DNA of 34,822 nucleotides from positions 1 through 34,822 of the forward strand of contig JAZFSF010000155.1 of NCBI GenBank assembly GCA_036446055.1. Direction: 5' to 3'. The notes under the pieces were generated by a model, which ran no database searches, was not told where the DNA came from, and worked only from the letters and a program-made list of their open reading frames with translations. The DNA comes from Candidatus Bathyarchaeia archaeon. Lineage in GTDB: Archaea; Thermoproteota; Bathyarchaeia; RBG-16-48-13; GCA-020355125. The number at the start of each line of letters is the position of its first letter. Position 1 is the first letter of the stretch. The translations under genes and the position numbers were made by a program. Below are positions 25,931 to 34,763 of the stretch, piece after piece.

Positions 25931-27061
25931 ATGTCCCTTGCACTAAATGAACTTGAAAAACTAGCAACGAAATCCGCTACGGAAGCAATAACCTTCGACC
26001 GACAAGGCTTAAAGGGAATGGCCATTTCAAAATATCAGAGAGCCATTGAAATCCTCACAAAATTATGCTCTCTGTATCCCAAGGCCAACCAAAACAAGGT
26101 CTATTTTGAGTACATCGGGCAATATCAAAAGCGGATTAAAGAGCTCAAGGGATTCGCGTATGAAGCGGAGTCCTGGAAAAACGAGCAAAAATACAATGGC
26201 AAGATTTTGCGAGAAAAACCCAATGTAAATTGGAAAGACGTTATCGGCCTTACAGACGCCAAACAGGCCATACGCGACTCAATCATTTATCCTTTTAAAC
26301 GACCCGACTTCTTTCCCTTAGGTTGGCCACGTGGCATCCTTCTTTTCGGGCCACCAGGATGCGGGAAAACCTTGCTGGCTGCAGCAACTGCAACAGAGAT
26401 CGACGCAGCCTTTTACTGTATTGACGCCGCTACCATCATGTCCAAGTGGCTAGGCGAGTCTGAACGAAACGTGTCTCAGCTTTTTGAAACTGCGAGGTTG
26501 GTGTCTGAGAACGGTCAGCCCGCCATCATTTTCATCGATGAGTTAGATTCCCTCATAGGCATTCGCTCCGAGGAAGTAGGTGGCGAAGTCCGGATGAGGA
26601 ATCAGTTCATGAAAGAGATGGACGGCATCTCCGACAAGAACAAAAAACTGCATGTCTACCTCATCGGAGCAACTAATAAGCCGTGGAGCCTCGACGGACC
26701 CTTCCTCAGACGGTTTCAAAAACGAATCTTTATTCCCATTCCAAATCTGGAATCCCGCAGAGACATCCTTAAACTGTATAGTAAAAAACTTATCAACATG
26801 GGAACCGACGTAGACTTTCTTGAATTGGCCAAGCGTACACATGGATATTCAGCCAGCGACTTATATGACTTGATTCAAGGCGTCCACTTAAAGGCCGTCC
26901 GAGAATTCTTTGAATCACACAAGACCACTGACTTCAAGACTACTCTACGATCCATACAAAGGAGTGATTTCCTTACTGTTCTCAATGAGAGAAAACCAAG
27001 TATTTCCATGAACACAATAAGCCTTTACGAAAAGTGGTACGAACGATTTAAGGCACTGTAA
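25931..27061 (+). CDS. cdvC: CdvC / Vps4 AAA+ ATPase with N-terminal MIT domain
   Basis: 376 aa. Helical MIT-like N-terminus, Walker A GPPGCGKT, Walker B IIFIDELDS, second region of homology GATNKPWSLD. Confidence 0.9.
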   Translation: MSLALNELEKLATKSATEAITFDRQGLKGMAISKYQRAIEILTKLCSLYPKANQNKVYFEYIGQYQKRIKELKGFAYEAESWKNEQKYNGKILREKPNVNWKDVIGLTDAKQAIRDSIIYPFKRPDFFPLGWPRGILLFGPPGCGKTLLAAATATEIDAAFYCIDAATIMSKWLGESERNVSQLFETARLVSENGQPAIIFIDELDSLIGIRSEEVGGEVRMRNQFMKEMDGISDKNKKLHVYLIGATNKPWSLDGPFLRRFQKRIFIPIPNLESRRDILKLYSKKLINMGTDVDFLELAKRTHGYSASDLYDLIQGVHLKAVREFFESHKTTDFKTTLRSIQRSDFLTVLNERKPSISMNTISLYEKWYERFKAL

Positions 27062-27069
27062 GAATAACG

Positions 27070-27087
27070 TTTTTATGTCTTTTTTTT
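27070..27087 (+). terminator. T5 plus T8 tracts after cdvC
   Basis: CGTTTTTATGTCTTTTTTTTACA begins 9 nt after the cdvC TAA stop. Confidence 0.4.
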
Positions 27088-27117
27088 ACAAGGACGCGCG
27101 CTTTACACCTGGCTTTA

Positions 27118-27603
27118 TCAACACAAACTTGAAGATTTCAACATGCGCGAAAAGAGGGCAGAGTCAAAGATTTGTCCTCCTTCTTGACCAGATTCGAGTA
27201 CTGCGTTATTACATAGGGCAACAATACGCAACGCAAGCTTAGGGTGCACCGTTTCCTGATGTGTTATTTCCACGGAGTCCCTCAAGAAGAGATTCGTTGA
27301 CTCGTATCCGATTCCCGTGACTTTGACATACATGTTGTTGGCAATTTTGAGTTCAGTCATCTCGTTTTTTGTCAGGGAGCCCATCTTGTAATAGTAGGTG
27401 ACTGTTGTATAACCCAAGGTTTTGAAGGAAGCTAGTTTTCTGACAATAACTCTAGTCCTAGCCATAGCGTGCGTTTTAATTATGTTTTCCTTCACTAAAA
27501 AAGAAGTGCATTTAGAGCAACATTTTCTGAAGTATAAGGTTTTGCCTTTTCTCATACATTGTTTAACTAATGTAATTGAACATTTTTTAATTTTTCTTCT
27601 CAT
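27118..27603 (-). pseudogene. Relic fragment of a P-type ATPase (TM4 end, P-domain and N-domain) with destroyed phosphorylation motif
   Basis: The 161-aa ORF aligns by eye with aa ~310-425 of the adjacent intact ATPase. RVIVRKLASFKTLGYTTVTYYYKMGSLTKNEMT matches AIIRRLASAETLGSTTVICADKTGTLSRGEMT, VTGIGYES matches VSGIGYEP, and LRIVALCNNA matches LRIGALCNDS. The catalytic Asp of DKTGT is Tyr, and the rest of the roughly 900-aa protein is absent. Confidence 0.6.
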
Positions 27604-27720
27604 ATTTATCTACATTCTAACTGAATTAGAGCTTGTGTTCTCAATTCTGTTTTCAATGTAGTAAAAGACTTAAATTATGGTTCAATAGCAGTTTTAAAAA
27701 ATGAAACAAAGCAGTGTGGT

Positions 27721-30432
27721 TTGAAAGAGTTGGTTTCCCCCACCCGTAATTGGCATTCTATGAAAAAAGAAGAGGTTCTTCAAACCTTGCAGAGTAGTGA
27801 GCAAGGGTTGAGTGTTGTAGAAGTCAAACGTCGACTTGATGAATATGGTCCCAATGTATTACGGGAGGAAAAGAAAAGAAGGCTTTTACAATTATTCCTT
27901 GATCAGATCAAAGACGCGTTCGTAATTTTGCTTTTAGTTGCGAGTGTAATGTCCTACATAATCGGAGAGATGGCTGATGCGATAATGATAGTTCTTATCG
28001 TTGTCATCGTAGTTGTTATTGGTTTTGTTCAAGAATATCGTTCGGAGAAGGCGTTAGAAGCTTTGAAGAAGTTAACCGCTCCAACAGCGCGGTTAATGAG
28101 AGATGGCGCGACTTTAACTGTTCCTTCCAGTGAAGTTGTTCCTGGAGACATAATTCTTTTAGAGGCAGGAGATAGGGTTCCAGCAGATGCACGATTATTA
28201 AGTATTGCCAGTTTACGGACTGATGAGGCTCCTCTAACTGGGGAATCTTCACCAGTCGAGAAATCTATAGCTGTTATTGACGAGAACGTTCCTGTAGCGG
28301 ATCAAAAAAACTCGGTTTTCATGGGAACCCATACAGTCTTTGGTCGTGCACAAGCCGTAGTTACTTCTACTGGTATGAATACTGAATTTGGTAAAATTGC
28401 AGGTGCTGTTCAAGCCATGGACGAGAAGAAGACTCCTCTCAGTATAAAGTTGGATGTTTTCGCTAAAAAACTGGGCATTATAATTGTAGGCTTATGTGGT
28501 ATTATCTTTCTCCTTGAAATTGTTGAACATGGTGCTGGGATCGAGGCAGTAATAGAGGGTTTTATGACGGCGATTGCGTTGGCTGTGTCTGCAGTTCCAG
28601 AAGCTTTACCTGCTTTAGTCATTGTCACTCTTGCTCTGGGTACGCGAGACCTCGCAGGAAGAAATGCAATTATTAGAAGACTTGCATCAGCTGAGACACT
28701 AGGTTCAACCACAGTTATATGTGCTGATAAAACGGGTACATTGTCAAGGGGAGAAATGACAGTACGTAAACTTTACATAAATAATCAAATAGTTGATGTT
28801 TCAGGAATTGGATACGAACCAAAAGGTGAATTCCATGCAAGTAACCTTCTAATTAATCCTCAAGAAGATATGCCCTTAACTCTCCTCCTAAGGATCGGAG
28901 CATTATGTAACGATTCGAATTATGATGGAAAGACGATTCGAGGAGACTCTACCGAAGGTGCATTAATCGTAGTTGCAGTTAAAGCGCAAATGAACGAAAG
29001 TGTACTTAGAGCACAATATCCTCGTGTGGATGAGCTTCCTTTCAGTTCCGAAAGGAAACTCATGACAACTATTCACAGTACACCTAAGGGTAGAAAGATA
29101 GCATATGTGAAAGGGGCTCCTGAAGTAATAATAAAAAAATGTACACACATTATCGAGGATAATACTGTAAATAAGTTTACTACTGACAAAAAAAACGAGG
29201 TCTTAAAAAATAATGAAAGCTTAGCTTCTCAAGCTTTCCGCATGTTAGGCATGGCATATAAAGACCTACCCGATAACCTTCAAGACTTCACTGAGAAAAT
29301 TGTGGAGAACAATCTGGTTTTTGTTGGTTTAGAGGCTATGATTGACCCCCCAAGGGAAGAAGCAGCTAAAGCAATTGCCATGTGCAAACAAGCAGGAATT
29401 CGAAATGTTATGATTACCGGAGATCACAAATTAACAGCTATGGCTATCGCTAAAGAACTTGGAATGATGGATGACAAACACAATATCGCTTTAACAGGCG
29501 CAGAATTAGAAAAGATGAGTGATGAAGAGTACGACAAGATAGTAGACGATGTAGTAGTATATGCCCGAGTCTCTCCAATGCATAAACTCAAGATAGTTGA
29601 AGCTCTGAAGAAGAAAGGTGAGATAGTAGCGATGACTGGGGATGGAGTAAATGATGCCCCAGCTCTCAAAAGAGCAGATATCGGCGTTGCAATGGGTATC
29701 ACCGGAACTGATGTGAGCAAAGAGGCTGCTGATATGATCCTTGCGGATGATAACTATGCGACTTTAGTCAACGCGGTGGAAGGAGGTAGAAGTATTTATG
29801 ATAACATTCGAAAGTATATCAGATTTTTACTCTCATGCAATTTCGATGAACTTCTAGTGATAGGTGCATGGACCATTGCAGGTTTTCCCCTTCCTTTACT
29901 CCCAATTCAAATTCTCTTTATTAATCTAGTCACGGATGGGCCTCCAGCAATTGCTCTAAGTGTAGACCCTCCTGCAAAAGATGTTATGAAAAGACCGCCT
30001 CGTAATCCAAAAGCAGGAATATTCCATGGAATGTTTGTCTTTATGCTCGTTTCATTTCTCGTTCAATCTGTAGGAAGTTCAATCTGTTTTGCGTATGGAA
30101 TGTTCATACTTAATGATTACACAAAAGCAACAACTATGACCTTTCTACAAGTGGCTTTTTTCGAATTGTTTGTCTTGTGGAATTGTCGCTCAGAAACAAA
30201 GTCGGTTTGGAGATTAGGTCGAGATAACCTGAAAAATAAATCCTTTGTACTCAGTGTGGTAGCATGTTTTATCTTCACTCTTTGCTTACCCTATATACCG
30301 ATCTTAAGCTCTGCATTCCATATCGTTCCATTAACCATAACGGAGCTGGGTCTAGTTCTCTCCTTATCTAGTTTAGGTCTATTTATCCTTCCAGAACTAT
30401 TATTTGGAAAAAAATTCTTACGATGGACATAA
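27721..30432 (+). CDS. P-type cation-transporting ATPase (P2-like, Ca2+/cation pump type)
   Basis: 903 aa. TGES, PEALP in TM4, DKTGTLS, TGDHKLTA, MTGDGVNDAPAL. The TTG start at 27721 includes the conserved NWHS N-terminus; an alternative ATG lies at 27760. Confidence 0.9.
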   Translation: MKELVSPTRNWHSMKKEEVLQTLQSSEQGLSVVEVKRRLDEYGPNVLREEKKRRLLQLFLDQIKDAFVILLLVASVMSYIIGEMADAIMIVLIVVIVVVIGFVQEYRSEKALEALKKLTAPTARLMRDGATLTVPSSEVVPGDIILLEAGDRVPADARLLSIASLRTDEAPLTGESSPVEKSIAVIDENVPVADQKNSVFMGTHTVFGRAQAVVTSTGMNTEFGKIAGAVQAMDEKKTPLSIKLDVFAKKLGIIIVGLCGIIFLLEIVEHGAGIEAVIEGFMTAIALAVSAVPEALPALVIVTLALGTRDLAGRNAIIRRLASAETLGSTTVICADKTGTLSRGEMTVRKLYINNQIVDVSGIGYEPKGEFHASNLLINPQEDMPLTLLLRIGALCNDSNYDGKTIRGDSTEGALIVVAVKAQMNESVLRAQYPRVDELPFSSERKLMTTIHSTPKGRKIAYVKGAPEVIIKKCTHIIEDNTVNKFTTDKKNEVLKNNESLASQAFRMLGMAYKDLPDNLQDFTEKIVENNLVFVGLEAMIDPPREEAAKAIAMCKQAGIRNVMITGDHKLTAMAIAKELGMMDDKHNIALTGAELEKMSDEEYDKIVDDVVVYARVSPMHKLKIVEALKKKGEIVAMTGDGVNDAPALKRADIGVAMGITGTDVSKEAADMILADDNYATLVNAVEGGRSIYDNIRKYIRFLLSCNFDELLVIGAWTIAGFPLPLLPIQILFINLVTDGPPAIALSVDPPAKDVMKRPPRNPKAGIFHGMFVFMLVSFLVQSVGSSICFAYGMFILNDYTKATTMTFLQVAFFELFVLWNCRSETKSVWRLGRDNLKNKSFVLSVVACFIFTLCLPYIPILSSAFHIVPLTITELGLVLSLSSLGLFILPELLFGKKFLRWT

Positions 30433-30883
30433 ACACACAATTCTAACAGATAACTAATACAAATTACAATACTAGTACTTCTTAGGGATTTGAAGTTTTG
30501 ATGACACAGAAACGGGGTTCAGCAAAGTTTCAGTGGATAAATGTGGTCAGTGAATCCTTTACATGATTTTTCTCAATAGAGTGTGCGCGTAAACCCTCGT
30601 CACCTCTTCGTGGATACTGGTAAGATAAGATCAAGGGAGCCTCTGTCGTTGGGTTAACCTCTTTTTTCAGCAAGACTAGGATTCATAGATTGTGGAAACG
30701 AATAGAGCTGTTTGAGTCTTGGGCTCTACGTGGAAACGATCGATGTTTTTATGAATAGAATACGTGTTGCAACCTTTTACCCCTCTTTATATATTACATT
30801 TACGAAATAAAGATATATGACCTTGAAAGTGTTATTGCGCACTATTATTTGAGTTCCGTGGACTATGTGGGAGTTGTGGCACG

Positions 30884-32884
30884 ATGGTTTTTGAGACTTG
30901 GTTAATTGCACCGATTGCTTCTCTAATTTCAATAGCTTCTGGCTTAATTCTTTTCCGTTACGTTAACAATAAGGACAGTGGTACGGGTAAAATGAAGGAG
31001 ATTGCAGAGGCAATACAGGAAGGTTCCCGATCCTTCTTGAAGACCGAATACCGTTATTTAGGTGTATTCGTGGCTGTCATGACCCTCGTCCTCTCGTTGT
31101 TCCTCAGCCTGAAAATCGGTGCGGCCTATGTTTTCGGCGCCATCCTCTCCTCACTCGCAGGAGTAATTGGCATGGAAATCGCGGTTCGAGCGAATGTTAG
31201 GACGGCACACGCAGCTGACAAAAGTGGTCTCATCAGTGCATTTCTCATTGCATTCCGAGGAGGCGCCGTGATGGGCTTAATGGTCGTCGGCTTGGCGCTT
31301 TTGGGTATAAGCGTAATCTATGGCCTGACTGGTGATCCTGAATTGGTTCTGGGGATGAGTATTGGCGCAAGCACCCTCACATTATTCATGAAAGCAGGCG
31401 GGGGGATCTTCACGAAAACGGCGGACATTGCTGCTGACCTCGTTGGAAAAGTCGAACTCGGTATACCTGAGGATGATCCACGAAACCCCGCGGTGATTGC
31501 TGATAACGTTGGGGACAACGTTGGTGACTGCGCGGGTTCAGGAGCTGATTTGTTTGACTCGTACGTTGCATCCGTAATGGCTGCCATGATTTTGGGTGGC
31601 GCTTCACCACAGAGTTACCTTGAGGTTCTTCCTCTAGTCTTCTCTGGTTTGGGCATCATTTCATCGATAATAGGTATCCTCGTTGTGAGGCTGAAGCGGG
31701 GCGGGAACCTCGGATGGACCCTGAACCTCAGCACCTACATCACGTGCGCTGTCTTCGGCCTGTTTACCTTAGGCGCAACCCTCTTGTTCGGATATGACCT
31801 CCGGATCTGGGGAGCAACGATAGCTGGTTTGGTGGCGGGAATAATCATCGGCTTGACCTCCGACTATTTCACATCCATTGATCGCTCTCCCGCAATCAAG
31901 ACGGCTGAATCCTCACAGGCGGGGGCTGCAATCACGATATTAACCGGGTTCTCTTACGGGTTGATGAGTGTTTTTCCAGCCCTTCTGGGTATAGGCATTG
32001 CATCTGCCGTCGCATACTCTCTTTACGGTCTCTACGGCGTTGGGATGAGCGCTGTAGGCATGCTTGCGATTGCTGGGACGATTATAGCCGGGGACGCGTA
32101 TGGCCCCATTGGAGATAATGCCAAGGGTATAGCTGAGATGTCAGGACTGGGCGAGGTGGTTGTCGAAATAACTGATAAGATCGATGCAGCGGGGAATACT
32201 ACTAAAGCGATTACCAAGGGCTTCGCCATCGGAGCCGCGGGTCTGACCGCCTTGGCGTTACTCGCGTCCTATCAGGAAATCGTTGAAACGTTAACGGGAA
32301 AAGTTATCACCTTCGACCTGATGAATCCCCTCGTGATGATGGGTATTTTAATTGGCATGGCCATCCCAGTCGTCTTCTCCGCCATGATTATCAAAGCGGT
32401 TTCGAAGAATGCTGACAGGATGATTGCGGAGGTTCGCAGGCAATTCCGTGAGATTCCGGGCATCATGGAGGGGACGAGTAAGCCTAATTACGCCGCCTGC
32501 ATTAGTATCGCAACGAAAGGCGCTCTCAGGGAGTTGATGCCCCTCATCATTTTTTCCATAGGAGCCACGCTCATTGTCGGCTTCGTCGCGGGCATACACG
32601 CCCTCGCTGGCTATCTAAGCGGTGCCATCTTCAGCGGCTTTTTACTGGCTATCCTGATGTCGAACGCAGGGGGCCTTTGGGACAACGCCAAGAAATACGT
32701 AGAGTCAGGCTTCTTCGGTGGAAAGGGATCAGACGCTCACAAAGCGGCGGTGATTGGGGATACAGTGGGTGACCCGTTCAAGGATACTGCTGGTCCGTCG
32801 TTGAACACGCTTGTCACGGTGATGTCCCAGATTTCTATTCTCTTTGCGCCCTTGATCATAACCTATGCCCTCATCACTCTTTGA
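30884..32884 (+). CDS. hppA: Membrane-bound H+-translocating pyrophosphatase, K+-independent signature
   Basis: 666 aa polytopic protein. DNVGDNVGDCAG, GNTTKAITKGFAIG, DNAKKY and GDTVGDPFKDTAGPS motifs. Confidence 0.93.
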   Translation: MVFETWLIAPIASLISIASGLILFRYVNNKDSGTGKMKEIAEAIQEGSRSFLKTEYRYLGVFVAVMTLVLSLFLSLKIGAAYVFGAILSSLAGVIGMEIAVRANVRTAHAADKSGLISAFLIAFRGGAVMGLMVVGLALLGISVIYGLTGDPELVLGMSIGASTLTLFMKAGGGIFTKTADIAADLVGKVELGIPEDDPRNPAVIADNVGDNVGDCAGSGADLFDSYVASVMAAMILGGASPQSYLEVLPLVFSGLGIISSIIGILVVRLKRGGNLGWTLNLSTYITCAVFGLFTLGATLLFGYDLRIWGATIAGLVAGIIIGLTSDYFTSIDRSPAIKTAESSQAGAAITILTGFSYGLMSVFPALLGIGIASAVAYSLYGLYGVGMSAVGMLAIAGTIIAGDAYGPIGDNAKGIAEMSGLGEVVVEITDKIDAAGNTTKAITKGFAIGAAGLTALALLASYQEIVETLTGKVITFDLMNPLVMMGILIGMAIPVVFSAMIIKAVSKNADRMIAEVRRQFREIPGIMEGTSKPNYAACISIATKGALRELMPLIIFSIGATLIVGFVAGIHALAGYLSGAIFSGFLLAILMSNAGGLWDNAKKYVESGFFGGKGSDAHKAAVIGDTVGDPFKDTAGPSLNTLVTVMSQISILFAPLIITYALITL

Positions 32885-32911
32885 TGGACTCAACGTCATG
32901 TTACACCGTAA

Positions 32912-32931
32912 GTTTTCTTTAGAAGAAAAAC
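32912..32931. terminator. Imperfect A/T-rich hairpin between convergent hppA and the NTase-kinase gene
   Basis: GTTTTCTT-TAG-AAGAAAAAC forms 8 bp with one bulged A. It is T-rich on both strands, about 28 nt after the hppA stop. Confidence 0.3.
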
Positions 32932-33122
32932 CTTCTTTGATGCTGCGTTAACTTAGACCTCGTCATCTTCAACGTCCTCAAGAGCTCCCTGTCTCCACTT
33001 CGTCTCTCCCTTATTCTATCATGAGTTTATGCTCTCCCATTTTAGCTCGACAAATACTGGATAATGCTTACACTCTTCTTGAGTCTCAGCAGCCTACGAT
33101 TTTAGTTACGGTCTTGACGATG

Positions 33123-34763
33123 CTATAACGCTTTTAGGACCGAGGCAATTGCCTGGATGATGGGCAAGTGTGTCCATCCTAAGAACACTCGTGAATACCG
33201 GAATCCTGCTGCACGTCTCAGGATGGTTCGATCGCCGATTTGGCAGTAGCCTTCCACGAAGTTCAATACGAAGTCTCTGAGACCGTTGGTGAACTTCGAT
33301 CCGAAATGCCCTGAAAAGTACAGGAATTCAGCCACATCCCACGTGGGGTCTCCCCTTCTCTCGCCTTGCTCCAAATCGAGAACATAGATTTGGCCATTTT
33401 TTCCGATGATGAAGTTCTCAGGTTTACAGTCTCCTATGACGACGTTTAACGAGTGAATTGTCGCGATAATTTTTCCCAACTCAATGGCCAAACCCTTCTG
33501 TTGATCGGTGAGCTCTTCTACCGAAAAGGCTTCTTCCAGAAAGTCTAGGGCGGAAGCGCCCTCAATATATCTTTCAACGAGCACGCGGTCCTTGATGCTG
33601 ATTGCAACAATTTCTGGAACTAAGATGTTATTTTCAGCGAGTAGTCTATTGATTCCATATTCGTTGGCGAGGCGGGCTTTTCCCGAGAGCGAAAAGACCT
33701 TTGTGCCATAGGCCGCTATGTTGAGCATGAACCACTTGAAGGTGTACCAGTTGGTAAACTTCTTTACGACGAGTTTTTCATCGTCAAGAGTTATGGAGTA
33801 AACTTCGTTCAAAGAGCTGGAAAGGGGGTTGACGTCAACGTTTTTCTCATTTCGTAGCTTCTGGACGAGCTCGACTATTGTGCTCTCTTCGTTCAGGCAC
33901 ATCAAGCCTTTATCTGTTTTCAGGAACAGAAAGTTTTTTGGGTCCTCAATTCTCTGTCGTTTGAAGGTAGTCTGTAGCTCTCTTTTGATTTTTGACGTTA
34001 ACTCCATTGCGAAGACATCTAACTTGACTCTTCCCGCTTTACCATGGGTGATATAGGCAGAGAGGGCGCGTCTGCTGAAATCCACCAGGTTCACCACTTT
34101 GTTGTAGGTTTTGGATGAAAGGATTATGTCCACGTATTCGTTTTCAAAACGGATGGCTTCTCCCTCTATCCGGATGAACTTCGAGGTTGCCAGTTCCTTC
34201 ACGGCCCTCTTATATCCTTTGAGAATGGCCGTCATGTTTTTGTCTCGTAAGCCCTCTCGAAGCATATTGATGTAACTGTATCGTAACGGAGGATATCCTC
34301 GCGACCGCTTTCGCATTCTTGCGAGAACAAGGTATTCCAGTCTGATGACTAGGCCTCTTGCCAACTCTTCATATTCAATCACAAGATCCTCTAAATCCTC
34401 TTCCGCAAAGCGTTTTTTTATCTTGACTTCGATGTCTTCCAGGTACTCCGTGTTTAGAATGGGTGTGTAGGGGCTAATCAGTCTTCCTGCGATAAAATCT
34501 CCGAAACTTCCCTTCTCCGCATCTAACTCCAATGCCTTCTTGTCTACTATTAAAAGGGCTAGTTGATTATCATCGACTTTCTCGTAGGAATACTTTACCC
34601 CATTAGCGTACTCGGAGAGGATGAGGAGTACATCATAATCGCTGTCCTCTCGCGCATAGCCACTGACCCGTGAACCATAAAGGCAGATGGCTTCGATATG
34701 GTCTTTACCAGCGACTCTACTGCAGGCGTCGAGGATGACGCGGTGCACTCCTTTTTCCGTCAT
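33123..34763 (-). CDS. Fusion protein: minimal nucleotidyltransferase (Pol-beta fold) N-domain, helical middle and atypical protein-kinase-like (Bud32/RIO/Kdo-kinase-like) C-domain
   Basis: 546 aa. NTase motif YGSRVSGYAREDSDYDVLL (aa 29-47). Kinase-like elements VVKKF (Lys334), LVERYIEG hinge, IGDCKPENF (Asp445, Asn450) and VLDLEQG (Asp463). Confidence 0.6.
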   Translation of the reverse strand: MTEKGVHRVILDACSRVAGKDHIEAICLYGSRVSGYAREDSDYDVLLILSEYANGVKYSYEKVDDNQLALLIVDKKALELDAEKGSFGDFIAGRLISPYTPILNTEYLEDIEVKIKKRFAEEDLEDLVIEYEELARGLVIRLEYLVLARMRKRSRGYPPLRYSYINMLREGLRDKNMTAILKGYKRAVKELATSKFIRIEGEAIRFENEYVDIILSSKTYNKVVNLVDFSRRALSAYITHGKAGRVKLDVFAMELTSKIKRELQTTFKRQRIEDPKNFLFLKTDKGLMCLNEESTIVELVQKLRNEKNVDVNPLSSSLNEVYSITLDDEKLVVKKFTNWYTFKWFMLNIAAYGTKVFSLSGKARLANEYGINRLLAENNILVPEIVAISIKDRVLVERYIEGASALDFLEEAFSVEELTDQQKGLAIELGKIIATIHSLNVVIGDCKPENFIIGKNGQIYVLDLEQGERRGDPTWDVAEFLYFSGHFGSKFTNGLRDFVLNFVEGYCQIGDRTILRRAAGFRYSRVFLGWTHLPIIQAIASVLKAL

